Virus record (IMG/VR): IMGVR_UViG_2734482537_000002
Strand: one strand, 5' to 3'
Length of the DNA stretch: 16,599 bases
Source of the DNA: a virus
Taxonomy: Duplodnaviria > Heunggongvirae > Uroviricota > Caudoviricetes
Shown: in pieces, positions 1-8,282 of the stretch
Layout: the number at the start of each line of letters is the position of its first letter
Position numbering within the stretch: position 1 is the stretch's first letter
Program-made: the position numbers and the translations under genes
The notes under the pieces: model-generated
Told to the model about the DNA's origin: nothing
The model's input: the letters and a program-made list of their open reading frames with translations, nothing else
The model's database searches: none

Positions 1-66
1 CTGCGTGGACTTCAGGTTGTCCTTCGCTTCGCGCGGGGTATGCCCCTTACTGCTGCCTTTACCCAT
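1..66 (-). CDS. J: Tail tip protein J, first 22 codons only; gene continues beyond the window start
   Basis: Reverse complement of 1..66 reads ATG GGT AAA GGC AGC AGT AAG GGG CAT ACC CCG CGC GAA GCG AAG GAC AAC CTG AAG TCC ACG CAG, giving MGKGSSKGHTPREAKDNLKSTQ, the lambda J N-terminus as I remember it. It lies 60 nt downstream of the I stop, as in lambda. Confidence 0.85.
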   Translation of the reverse strand, partial: MGKGSSKGHTPREAKDNLKSTQ

Positions 67-126
67 TCGTCATGCTCCATAAACGATAAAACCGCCCGGA
101 GGCGATTTCACATAAAACATTTTGCA

Positions 127-675
127 TCAGCGACCAATCACCACAACCTGACCACCGTCCCCTTCGTCTGCCGTGCTGATCTCCTGAGATACCACACGTG
201 ACCCCACGCGCATTTCACCATACAGAACAGGCATAACATTGCCCTGGGCAACCATGTTATCCAGTGAGGAGAAATAGGTGTTCTGCTTACCGTTATCCGT
301 TGTCTGTGTGCGGGGAGTTCTGGCTTTCGGTGCCAGCATCTGAGCCACACCGCCGAGCACCATACTGGCACCGAGAGAAAACAGAATGCCGGTCATACCA
401 CCGGCACCAATGGCAGCCCCCCATGCTGCAAGGGTGGCTCCGGCGGTAAAGAATGATCCGGCAATGGCGGCTGCTCCCAGGACAATCTGGAATACACCAC
501 CTGACTTGGCCCCGGCGACTCTGGGAACAATATGAATCACAGCGCCGTCAGGCAGAGCCTCATGTAACTGTGCCGTTAATCCGGACGTGCTAACATCCTG
601 CCCGGCAATACGCACCTGATACCAGCCGTCGCTCAGCTTCTGACGAAACGCAGGGAGCTGTGTGGCCATCGCCCG
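127..675 (-). CDS. I: Tail assembly protein I, C-terminal 182 codons; N-terminus lost in the N run
   Basis: ORF 127..669 translation (MATQLPAFRQKLSDGWYQVRIAG ... GGQVVVIGR) matches the C-terminal part of lambda gpI from memory. The frame stays open up to the N run at 676. The true start, about 40 codons upstream, is not visible. Confidence 0.88.
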   Translation of the reverse strand, partial: RAMATQLPAFRQKLSDGWYQVRIAGQDVSTSGLTAQLHEALPDGAVIHIVPRVAGAKSGGVFQIVLGAAAIAGSFFTAGATLAAWGAAIGAGGMTGILFSLGASMVLGGVAQMLAPKARTPRTQTTDNGKQNTYFSSLDNMVAQGNVMPVLYGEMRVGSRVVSQEISTADEGDGGQVVVIGR

Positions 676-925
676 NNNNNNNNNNNNNNNNNNNNNNNNN
701 NNNNNNNNNNNNNNNNNNNNNNNNNNNNNNNNNNNNNNNNNNNNNNNNNNNNNNNNNNNNNNNNNNNNNNNNNNNNNNNNNNNNNNNNNNNNNNNNNNNN
801 NNNNNNNNNNNNNNNNNNNNNNNNNNNNNNNNNNNNNNNNNNNNNNNNNNNNNNNNNNNNNNNNNNNNNNNNNNNNNNNNNNNNNNNNNNNNNNNNNNNN
901 NNNNNNNNNNNNNNNNNNNNNNNNN
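676..925. other. Assembly gap: 250 consecutive N
   Basis: Uninterrupted run of n from 676 to 925. It covers the expected K stop, the I start and the K/I overlap. Confidence 0.99.
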
Positions 926-1310
926 AAGCATCCCGGAACAGCGTGTAACAGTCCGTCACCCCGTGCTCAAAGCGCCGCCCGGTAAGATGTGGCACACAGC
1001 GGAACTTGTGAATCGCCCCCCGGCAGACCAGCCACCACGGCAAATCACTCTGCACCTGCAGCCGCCGGTCGGCCTCACTCAGCCAGGGCAGACCACCGGG
1101 GTGGCTGTGGACCAGTGCCACAATCTCACCCTGCATCTCTGCCTGCAGCCAGTCTTCCGGCGACATACGGAAATACGCCTCCGGCTCACCGGAGATATTC
1201 ACGCAGGGGAAATATCTTTCCCCCTCCGGCGTTCTTACCACGAAGCCGCACGACTCCGCTGGAGCACATCGCCGGGCGTGCGCCAGAATCGCTGATTCTG
1301 TCTCTGTCAT
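926..1310 (-). CDS. K: Tail assembly protein K, N-terminal 128 codons (JAMM/MPN-like motif HSHPGGLPWLSEAD present); C-terminus lost in the N run
   Basis: ATG at 1310..1308. Translation MTETESAILAHARRCAPAESCGFVV ... TDCYTLFRDA matches lambda gpK from memory. The H-x-H-x7-S-x2-D metalloprotease-like motif is visible in the sequence. Confidence 0.9.
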
Positions 1311-1315
1311 GGGAT

Positions 1316-2014
1316 TTACTGCGAAAGTTTGTTAATGGAAAGGAAGCCGCCAAAGTTGCCGACGTTATTGCGAAACTTACAGCCACTCAGGCATTTGCTG
1401 CATTTATCCTTCGTGATGTCGGACGTTGGCTGGTCATATTCATCCGCGACCGCCGGACCGTGATAACCGCACTCATCGCCGCGATAGGTCCAGGTGCAGG
1501 TGTTGGCCAGCATGATACGTCCCGGAAAAACAGCGCCATCTGTTTCCGTCGGCGTGGACAGTACAAAAGAGGCACTCACCGCGCTCAGTTCGCTGCACTG
1601 CTCAATGCGCCAGCGGCTGATCACCTCCTGCTCCGGATCGGCGTCACTGTTTCCGTTGACGAAGTTCACCGCATCCAGAAAACGGGCGTAAACCTTACGC
1701 CGGACCACCGTTCCGCCGACCAGACTCTGTAGATCTTCCGCCATCCCGGTGACCATACCGTACAGGTTAGAAACCATCAGCGTGGGGCGCGTACTGGTGC
1801 CTTTGCCATTCAGTTCAAAACCACTCCCCTGAATGGGATACGGCTGATACTGTCGCCCCTGCCAGGTGACCGGCTCACCTTTTTCGTTCTGCTCATTACA
1901 GAAAAAATAACGTTCTCCACCGACCTCTGTCAGATCGATTTCCCAGAGCACCACGCTGGCCGACTGCTCCGCACGGGTGCATTCATTCAGTGTTTCCTGC
2001 CGGATATCCTGCAT
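1316..2014 (-). CDS. L: Tail tip assembly protein L (cysteine cluster near the C-terminus)
   Basis: 232-aa ORF with ATG at 2014..2012, overlapping the M stop in a TGATG arrangement. Translation MQDIRQETLNECTRAEQSASVVLWEIDLTEVGGERYFFCNEQ matches lambda gpL from memory. C-terminal Cys-rich segment CSKCLSGCKF. Confidence 0.95.
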   Translation of the reverse strand: MQDIRQETLNECTRAEQSASVVLWEIDLTEVGGERYFFCNEQNEKGEPVTWQGRQYQPYPIQGSGFELNGKGTSTRPTLMVSNLYGMVTGMAEDLQSLVGGTVVRRKVYARFLDAVNFVNGNSDADPEQEVISRWRIEQCSELSAVSASFVLSTPTETDGAVFPGRIMLANTCTWTYRGDECGYHGPAVADEYDQPTSDITKDKCSKCLSGCKFRNNVGNFGGFLSINKLSQ

Positions 2015-2343
2015 CAGTTCACCACCTGTTCAAACTCTGCGCTGAACTCAACACGCAGCATACTGACCCGCGACGACCATTTTGCGCAGGTCACCTTTAT
2101 CTGCCGCCACTCATAAGGCGGCGTCCACAGAAAGGCTTTCCAGCCCCCGTGCTCTTCCAGAAACGACTCCAGTACCATGGCCTCCTCACGGGGGACAGAA
2201 AGCGTCACGCTGTACGTTTTCAGGTTGGCATTCAGCCCGGCAGGCGCTCGCTGGGAATAGCCATCACCAAAGCGCACCTTTCTTACAGAAGGGGCCGAAG
2301 CCACATCCATACCGGGTTTCACTTTCCAGCGGAAGGTTTTCAT
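2014..2343 (-). CDS. M: Tail tip protein M
   Basis: 109-aa ORF, ATG at 2343..2341, overlaps the H stop by 4 nt. Translation MKTFRWKVKPGMDVASAPSVRKVRFGDGYSQRAPAGLNANLK matches lambda gpM from memory. Confidence 0.95.
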   Translation of the reverse strand: MKTFRWKVKPGMDVASAPSVRKVRFGDGYSQRAPAGLNANLKTYSVTLSVPREEAMVLESFLEEHGGWKAFLWTPPYEWRQIKVTCAKWSSRVSMLRVEFSAEFEQVVN

Positions 2344-4901
2344 CGTCCACCTCCGGAGAACAGGCCACCATCACGCATCTGTGTCTGAATTTCATCACGG
2401 GCACCCTTGCGGGCCATGTCATACACGGCCTTCATCATCTGTGGACCTGGCAGACCATTCGTACCGTCGTTCTGAATCACCACGTGATTGTTCTGATTAA
2501 AATTAATGCCTTCAGCCCGCCGCATCTGCGCCGGACTTCCGGCACCGCCCACATAACCACCTTCCGCATAGCCGCGCATCAGCCGGTAGAGATTCCCCAC
2601 GCCAATCCGGCTGGTTGCCTCCTTCGTGAAGACAAATTCACCACGGTGAACAATCCCCGCTGGCTCATATTTGCCGCCGGTTCCCGTAAATCCCCCGGTT
2701 GCAAAATGGAATTTCACCGCAGCGGCCTGAATGGCTGTACCACCTGACGCGGATGCGCCGCCACCAACAGCCCCGCCAATGGCGCTGCCGATACTCCCGA
2801 CAATCCCCACCATTGCCTGCTTAAGCAGAATTTCTGTCATCATGGACAGCACGGAGCGGGTGAAGCTGCGCCAGTTCTGTTCACTGCCGGTCAGCATCGC
2901 CGCCATATTCTGTGCAATACCATCAAAGGTCTGCGTGGCTGCACTTTTAACCTGTGACATACTGTCCGTGGCGCTCTCTTCCCACTCACTCCAGCCGGAC
3001 TTCAGGCCTGCCATCCAGCTCCCGCGAAGCTGGTCTTCAGCCGCCCAGGTCTTTTTCTGCTCTGACATGACGTTATTCAGCGCCAGAGGATTATCGCCAT
3101 ACTGTTCCTTCAGGCGCTGTTCCGTGGCTTCCCGCGCTGCCTGCCGGTCAGTCAGCCCCCGGTTTTTCGCATCAATGGCTGCCCGTTTTGCCCGTTGCTG
3201 CTGTGCGAATTTATCCGCCTGCTGCGCCAGCGCATTCAGGTGCTCCTGATACGTAACCTTGTCACCAAGTGCAGCCAGCTGGCGTTTGTACTCCAGCGTC
3301 TCGTCTTTATGCGCCAGCAGGGATTTCTCCTGTGCGGACAGCTGGCGACGTTGTGCCGCCTCCTCCAGTACCGCGAACTGACTTTCTGCCTTCCACAAAT
3401 CCCGGCGCTGCTGGCTGATTTTCTCATTCGCTCCGGCATGCTTCTCCAGCGTCCGGAGTTCTGCCTGAAGCGTCAGCAGGGCCGCATGAGCACTGTCTTC
3501 CTGACGATCGCCCGCATACACCTTCACGCCGGACTGTTTCGGCTTTTTCAGCGTCGCTTCATAATCCTTTTTCGCCGCCGCCATCAGCGTGTTGTAATCT
3601 GCCTGCAGGATTTTTCCGTCTTTCAGTGCCTTGTTCAGTTCTTCCTGACGGGCGGTATATTTCTCCAGCGGCGTCTGCAGCCGTTCGTAAGCCTTCTGCG
3701 CCTCTTCGGTATATTTCAGCCGTGACGCTTCGGTATCGCTCTGCTGCTGCGCATTTTTGTCCTGTTGACGCTGTTGATCTACCCTCTTTTGGGCTGCATC
3801 CCGCTCCAGGCGTTTTTTTTCACGATCATCCCAGTAACGCGCCCGTGCTTCATCGTTAACGAAATAATCATCCTTGCGCAGATTCCAGATGTCGTCTGCT
3901 TTCTTAAACGCAGCCTCTGCCTTAATCAGCATCTCCTGCGCGGTATCAGGACGACCAATATCCAGCACCGCATCCCACATGGATTTGAATGCACGTGCAG
4001 TCCTGTCTGCCCAGGTCTCCAGCGTGCCCATGTTCTCTTTCAGGCGGCGGGTCTGGTCATCAAACCCTTTCGTTGCGGCCTCGTTCGCCGCCTGCAATGC
4101 CCCGGCTTCATCGCCGGAACGCTGCAACTGAGCAACATACGCAATCTGCTCCGCCGTCACGTTATGGAACTGGCGTGCCATCGCCGTCAGCCCCGACGTC
4201 GGGTCTGTGGTCAGCTTCCCGAAGGCTTCAGCGACCTTGTCCACCTCCACGCCGGATGCATAGGAGAAACGCGCCACACTCTGGCTGATGGACGCAATCT
4301 GAGCCTCACCGCTTACCCCCGCCTTAACCAGTGCGCTGAGTGACTCGCTGGTCTGGTTAAACGTCAGCCCTGCCGCCTGCCCGGCTCTGGACAGGACCAG
4401 CATACGATCTGCCGTCAGTCCCGCCTGATTACCGGAAAGGACCAGCGTTTTGTTGAAATCGGACAGGGTTGAGTTGCCCTGATACCAGGCATACGCCAGC
4501 GCACCGGTCGCCACCGCCAGCGAGGTGGCCCCCACCATCGGCAGGGTGATCGCGCCGGCAAGCCCCCTGAACATGGGGATCATCCCGCCGAAGGAGTCCT
4601 TAACCTGACCACCCTGTTGCAGCAGGATCAGCCAGGGATTCTGCCCCCCTGCAAGCTGCGTGGCCACGTCGGTGAACTGTGCAGGCAGCATACGCATGGC
4701 GGCTTTATACTGCCCGACGGAAATCCCCGCTTTCTGTGCAGCCAGCGCCTGTCGGCTCAGCGACTGTTCAACGACTGCCGCTGTTTTTTTCGCATCACTT
4801 TCCGTACCGGAAAAATGACGCCTGACTCTGGCCATCTGCTCGTCAAATCTGGCCGCATCCAGACTCAAATCAACGACCAGATCGCCTACCGGTTCAGCCA
4901 T
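2340..4901 (-). CDS. H: Tail tape measure protein H
   Basis: 853-aa ORF, the same length as lambda gpH. Long Ala/Gln/Glu/Lys/Arg-rich helical central region and Gly-rich C-terminal segment. Sits immediately downstream of G-T. Confidence 0.95.
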   Translation of the reverse strand: MAEPVGDLVVDLSLDAARFDEQMARVRRHFSGTESDAKKTAAVVEQSLSRQALAAQKAGISVGQYKAAMRMLPAQFTDVATQLAGGQNPWLILLQQGGQVKDSFGGMIPMFRGLAGAITLPMVGATSLAVATGALAYAWYQGNSTLSDFNKTLVLSGNQAGLTADRMLVLSRAGQAAGLTFNQTSESLSALVKAGVSGEAQIASISQSVARFSYASGVEVDKVAEAFGKLTTDPTSGLTAMARQFHNVTAEQIAYVAQLQRSGDEAGALQAANEAATKGFDDQTRRLKENMGTLETWADRTARAFKSMWDAVLDIGRPDTAQEMLIKAEAAFKKADDIWNLRKDDYFVNDEARARYWDDREKKRLERDAAQKRVDQQRQQDKNAQQQSDTEASRLKYTEEAQKAYERLQTPLEKYTARQEELNKALKDGKILQADYNTLMAAAKKDYEATLKKPKQSGVKVYAGDRQEDSAHAALLTLQAELRTLEKHAGANEKISQQRRDLWKAESQFAVLEEAAQRRQLSAQEKSLLAHKDETLEYKRQLAALGDKVTYQEHLNALAQQADKFAQQQRAKRAAIDAKNRGLTDRQAAREATEQRLKEQYGDNPLALNNVMSEQKKTWAAEDQLRGSWMAGLKSGWSEWEESATDSMSQVKSAATQTFDGIAQNMAAMLTGSEQNWRSFTRSVLSMMTEILLKQAMVGIVGSIGSAIGGAVGGGASASGGTAIQAAAVKFHFATGGFTGTGGKYEPAGIVHRGEFVFTKEATSRIGVGNLYRLMRGYAEGGYVGGAGSPAQMRRAEGINFNQNNHVVIQNDGTNGLPGPQMMKAVYDMARKGARDEIQTQMRDGGLFSGGGR

Positions 4902-5334
4902 ACCGGACTCCTCCTGCGATCCCTTCTGATACTGTCATCAGCATTACGTCATCCTCCGTCATGTCCGCCACATCCGGGGAAGCGGGGATAACTTCATTCC
5001 CGTCCGGGCCAAAGCGGACACCTCCGGCAAGCCCTGCCGCTTTCTGCATCAGCACATCATCTTCAGGCTCTTCGTCAGCCTCGCGCCGGTTCAGCAGACT
5101 GAAATCCAGCGGATGCATCTCCGGATCGCTGAAAAACAGGCTGAGCACGGTGTACGTCAGCCCGGAAAAGTGCATATCCAGCAGAACATCATGAAAATAA
5201 TGGGTACTGTAAAAGCGGTGCCAGTCGGCATACTCCGTGGATGACATCCCGGCAAGCATGGCGCGCCAGTCGGGTCGCCCCATCTCACGCGCCAGTTTCA
5301 GGGCAAAACTCAGCTCACCGTCGAACACTTTCCC
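4894..5334 (-). CDS. T: T segment of the G-T tail assembly chaperone, the -1 frame extension reached by programmed frameshift from G
   Basis: The -1 frame is open from the slippery site (5334..5328) to the stop at 4894 and reads VFDGELSFALKLAREMGRPDWRAMLAGMSSTEYADWHRFY, the lambda gpT sequence from memory. There is no independent start with a ribosome binding site. Confidence 0.88.
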   Translation of the reverse strand, partial: GKVFDGELSFALKLAREMGRPDWRAMLAGMSSTEYADWHRFYSTHYFHDVLLDMHFSGLTYTVLSLFFSDPEMHPLDFSLLNRREADEEPEDDVLMQKAAGLAGGVRFGPDGNEVIPASPDVADMTEDDVMLMTVSEGIAGGVRYG

Positions 5335-5732
5335 GCAGAAACAGGCTCTGCAGGCCCGGCGTCCTCTGCCTGTTCAGGAGCATCATTCACCACAAACTCA
5401 TACATACCGGACAGCCGGTACACCACGTTTTCAGCATGAGAAATTGCCTCTGTGGGCCAGGTGGTAAGCACTTCCTGCTCAATCTGTTTAACGGCTTCAT
5501 TCATGGACGGCATCTGCGTCTTCTTCGGATGGTTATGCCACAGGGACATCGCAACCACAAAAGCGCCGGTTCTGATGGCGTCTTCCACAGTAAACTTCCG
5601 GTTGCTGTCTGACTCCGCCTGTTCTGCCTGCCGTTTCATCAGGTCGAGATGCTCAATACGCTGCAGGGCTGACAGTTCAGAAAGCGTGACGGTCACACCG
5701 TTATGTTCAAATGATTCGGTTTTCAGGAACAT
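5310..5732 (-). CDS. G: Tail assembly chaperone G
   Basis: 140-aa ORF, ATG at 5732..5730 preceded by GGAGAG. Translation MFLKTESFEHNGVTVTLSELSALQRIEHLDLMKRQAEQ matches lambda gpG from memory. Confidence 0.95.
   Translation of the reverse strand: MFLKTESFEHNGVTVTLSELSALQRIEHLDLMKRQAEQAESDSNRKFTVEDAIRTGAFVVAMSLWHNHPKKTQMPSMNEAVKQIEQEVLTTWPTEAISHAENVVYRLSGMYEFVVNDAPEQAEDAGPAEPVSAGKCSTVS
5328..5334 (-). promoter_or_regulatory. Programmed -1 ribosomal frameshift slippery heptamer G GGA AAG (G to G-T)
   Basis: Plus strand 5328..5334 is ctttccc, reverse complement GGGAAAG. In the G frame this encodes Gly-Lys six codons before the G stop. After a -1 slip, reading continues GGG AAA GTG TTC GAC into the T frame. 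Confidence 0.9.
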
Positions 5733-5747
5733 CGCTGACTCTCCGGA

Positions 5748-6488
5748 TTAACTGGCGGTGACGTTGATTTCTGCAACCGCAGCAAACTCACCATTACCAG
5801 ATACGACCGGAATGTTGACCTTGCCTGCAGCAACACCTTTCACGGTGATGGTCATACCACTGACCGACACGGTGGCTTTTGTTTTATCCGCAGACACCGC
5901 ACGGAAGCTCTTGTCGGTTGCGCCATCCGGCTGGAATGCCACGGTCAGCGTGGTGCTCTGCCCTTTCACTACGGAAGCACTGGCGGGTGTCACCGTCATG
6001 CCGGTCGTCGCCGTCACCGTGCTGCGATCTTCTGCCATCGACGGACGTCCCACATTGGTGACCTTCACCGTGCGGGTAATCACCTCCTTCGCCGTCACCG
6101 CCTTACCGATACTGCTGACCCAGCCACGGAACACATCGACCGTGCCGTTCGGGAAGCGGATTTTATAGGCACGGGTATCACCTTCATTAAACCACGCCAG
6201 CAGCGCCTGCTGCCCCTGCTCTCCGGGCATCCACGCCAGCGTGAAGCTGGTATCTCCGGCAGATTTCTGCCCCTGCCCGGTCGCAGTCCAGTCTGCATCT
6301 TCATCATCGAGATAGCTGTCGTCATAGGACTCAGCGGTCAGTTCGCCGGGCGTCAGGTCTTTAACTTTTGCCAGACGCGACCAGTCAACGTCTGAAAGCG
6401 GGTTCGCATAAGGGTCACCGCTCCCCTTATAAACCCACAGGGTGGTCCCGGCACCTTTCACCGGCATTGTAGGATTTGGTACAGGCAT
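5748..6488 (-). CDS. V: Major tail tube protein V (with C-terminal Ig-like domain)
   Basis: ATG at 6488..6486 gives 246 aa starting [27 protein letters not shown], the lambda gpV start and length from memory. The ORF-track start 30 nt further upstream is an in-frame read-through of the U 3' end. Confidence 0.95.
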   Translation of the reverse strand: MPVPNPTMPVKGAGTTLWVYKGSGDPYANPLSDVDWSRLAKVKDLTPGELTAESYDDSYLDDEDADWTATGQGQKSAGDTSFTLAWMPGEQGQQALLAWFNEGDTRAYKIRFPNGTVDVFRGWVSSIGKAVTAKEVITRTVKVTNVGRPSMAEDRSTVTATTGMTVTPASASVVKGQSTTLTVAFQPDGATDKSFRAVSADKTKATVSVSGMTITVKGVAAGKVNIPVVSGNGEFAAVAEINVTAS

Positions 6489-6495
6489 AGCGTCC

Positions 6496-6891
6496 TCACA
6501 TTTCATAGATAATGACATAAGTCAGATCGGCTGAACTCCACAGGCCCGCATCATCGTCGCGCCGGTAGTCATAGCCGCTGGCCACCATACTGGTGATCAA
6601 ATCTGACAGTGCCGGGATATCGCTCATCACAGGATAAATCCGGGACTCCATCCACGAATCCAGCTCTGAATCCGGCACCTGAGCAGGCAGGAAAACTTCA
6701 ATATGCAGCTCCGCCTGCCAGGTATCGCTGTCCAGCTCTTCGCCCGTGTATTCAGCGCCGGTGAGATAAACGGCAATTGCCGGAAAATCTTCCTCATCAA
6801 AAACAGCGGGGCGACCATCAAAAAGCGTCGCCCCGGTGTCATGCTTCTCCAGTGCATCCAGTACGGCTGCACGGAGTTCAGTATGTTTCAT
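6496..6891 (-). CDS. U: Tail terminator protein U
   Basis: 131-aa ORF, ATG at 6891..6889, overlaps the Z stop by 4 nt. Translation [45 protein letters not shown] matches lambda gpU from memory. Confidence 0.95.
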   Translation of the reverse strand: MKHTELRAAVLDALEKHDTGATLFDGRPAVFDEEDFPAIAVYLTGAEYTGEELDSDTWQAELHIEVFLPAQVPDSELDSWMESRIYPVMSDIPALSDLITSMVASGYDYRRDDDAGLWSSADLTYVIIYEM

Positions 6892-7466
6892 CGCTTTATT
6901 ACCATTCTCAGTTGATGCTGCAGCGCATAGCCCAGCTCTTTCGGAAGACGTTCACGCCGTATCCGTTCAATATTCTGTTTAAACGCCGTGGTCAGCGGCA
7001 CCGCCATCGGGATTTTCACCACATCAATGGGGTAACGGTTTTTCCCGGCCACACGCTGCATAACATGCCACCGGCCGTTTTTCAGTTGCTGAATAAACGC
7101 GCCGGGAATACGACGGTTACCCACCACAAGCACGCTGCCGCCACCTTTCAGGGATGAACGCTGCCCCTTTTTATGACGCCTGCGGCGGGACAGGACAACC
7201 CGCGCATTACCCAGCTTGATTACGGGCAAATCCCCCCGGTTAACTTTGATTCTGGCCTGCGGATTTTTGACCGTGGCCCTTTTCAGCCTGGCCCTTTCCT
7301 TTACCAGTTTCCGGCGTACCTTTGTCTCACGGGCAACCTGTGACGCAGACTGCGATATCGCGGATGAAGCAACGCGGTTAATGGCCATTGCGGCGGCACC
7401 GGGCACCGCCGTTTTGCTGATACGGCTGAGGTTTTCAACGGCCTGCTCAAGACCTTTTATGGCCAT
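6888..7466 (-). CDS. Z: Tail completion protein Z
   Basis: 192-aa ORF, ATG at 7466..7464. Translation MAIKGLEQAVENLSRISKTAVPGAAAMAINRVASSAISQ matches lambda gpZ from memory. Confidence 0.95.
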   Translation of the reverse strand: MAIKGLEQAVENLSRISKTAVPGAAAMAINRVASSAISQSASQVARETKVRRKLVKERARLKRATVKNPQARIKVNRGDLPVIKLGNARVVLSRRRRHKKGQRSSLKGGGSVLVVGNRRIPGAFIQQLKNGRWHVMQRVAGKNRYPIDVVKIPMAVPLTTAFKQNIERIRRERLPKELGYALQHQLRMVIKR

Positions 7467-7477
7467 ACATCCCCCTT

Positions 7478-7831
7478 TCAGCGGCGACGGTTAACGGCAG
7501 GCGGTACGCCCCGTCCAAGCCAGAGATGACAACTTCCGCCATCATCCGGCGAAACCCGATCTACCCAGAAATTTTCCTCACCGATGGTCAGCGTGTCTCC
7601 ACGCCGCAGCTGCCGCACCTCATCAGTCCGGACAAACAGGGACGGGCTGGAGCCTTCAACGCGCACGCCCTGTCCGGCATAGCTGATATTTTCAGGGTCA
7701 TCAAAAACACCACGTATCACCGCACCTGACTGCTCACCGGATGTCATGGTGGCTGACGTTCCCATGTACCCGCGTATCGTTTCATCGGCGCGGGCAATGG
7801 CAGCATCGAACAGGTTATCGAAATCAGCCAC
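7478..7831 (-). CDS. FII: Head-tail connector protein FII
   Basis: 117-aa ORF translating (M)ADFDNLFDAAIARADETIRGYMGTSATMTSGEQ, lambda gpFII from memory. The first codon is GTG (plus strand cac at 7829..7831). Confidence 0.93.
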   Translation of the reverse strand: MADFDNLFDAAIARADETIRGYMGTSATMTSGEQSGAVIRGVFDDPENISYAGQGVRVEGSSPSLFVRTDEVRQLRRGDTLTIGEENFWVDRVSPDDGGSCHLWLGRGVPPAVNRRR

Positions 7832-7842
7832 AGCGCCTCCCG

Positions 7843-8241
7843 TTATTGCATTCTGGCCAGGCCGCGCTCTGTCATTTCGGCTGCCACACCGGCAGAGACA
7901 CGAAACGCCGTTCCCGGCAGCACAAATGCCACAGGTTTATCCCGCGTGGCGTGAAGTGCATCAGTATGCAGCGTCACCAGTGCCACGACCGTGACCAGTT
8001 CAGCCGTATCCTGAATCACGGTATCCGGCTGCGCTGATACCACCTCATTTTCATGCCCGGTCAGCACATTTTCCCGGCTGAGAGGGGTGTCCTGACCGGC
8101 AGTTTCATCCGTGTCATCAAGCTCTTCTTCCAGCTCTGCCACACGAAGCGCCAGTTCTTCTTTCGTTCCCGTCAAACTGACATCGCGGTTCAATTGCTCA
8201 CCCAGCTCCTGAAGACGGGCAATCAGTTCATCTTTCGTCAT
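7843..8241 (-). CDS. FI: DNA packaging accessory protein FI
   Basis: ATG at 8241..8239 preceded by GGAGGAG. 132 aa starting MTKDELIARLQELGEQLNRDVSLTG matches lambda gpFI from memory. The ORF-track start at 8280 lies inside the E to FI hairpin and is rejected. Confidence 0.92.
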   Translation of the reverse strand: MTKDELIARLQELGEQLNRDVSLTGTKEELALRVAELEEELDDTDETAGQDTPLSRENVLTGHENEVVSAQPDTVIQDTAELVTVVALVTLHTDALHATRDKPVAFVLPGTAFRVSAGVAAEMTERGLARMQ

Positions 8242-8262
8242 GAACTCCTCCACAGAGAGAAA

Positions 8263-8280
8263 ATGGCCCCGAAGGGCCAT
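8263..8280 (-). terminator. Stable UUCG-tetraloop hairpin 2 nt after the E stop, followed by a U/C-rich tract; candidate attenuator or 3' stabiliser between E and FI
   Basis: The minus-strand RNA reads AUGGCCC UUCG GGGCCAU (7-bp perfect stem, UUCG loop), then UUUCUCUCUGUGGAGGAGUUC AUG (the FI start). The structure is read directly from the sequence; the function is inferred. Confidence 0.4.
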
Positions 8281-8282
8281 GA

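Noticed and set aside
590-1310. ORFs running through the N run (590..931, 633..1310, 660..1295, 662..985)
   Set aside because: These are artefacts of translating ambiguous bases. Only the flanking real sequence (K N-terminus, I C-terminus) is interpretable.
989-1732. 247-aa plus-strand ORF rich in Pro/Arg/Ala
   Set aside because: It lies antisense to K and L, which match lambda proteins. This is a typical shadow ORF in GC-rich coding DNA, with no ribosome binding site.
2082-4343. Several plus-strand ORFs (2082..2747, 2731..3249, 3195..3725, 3765..4343, 3989..4288)
   Set aside because: All are antisense to the H tape-measure gene or to M. Their low-complexity, Arg/Cys/Leu-rich translations are characteristic of non-coding frames.
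6489-6518. Upstream in-frame extension of V (ORF-track start [10 protein letters not shown]...)
   Set aside because: The ATG at 6488 gives the lambda V N-terminus and length; the extension overlaps the 3' end of U.
8242-8280. Upstream extension of FI (ORF-track start MALRGHFLSVEEF...)
   Set aside because: The extension is a translation of the E to FI hairpin. The ATG at 8241 has a GGAGGAG ribosome binding site and gives the lambda FI N-terminus.
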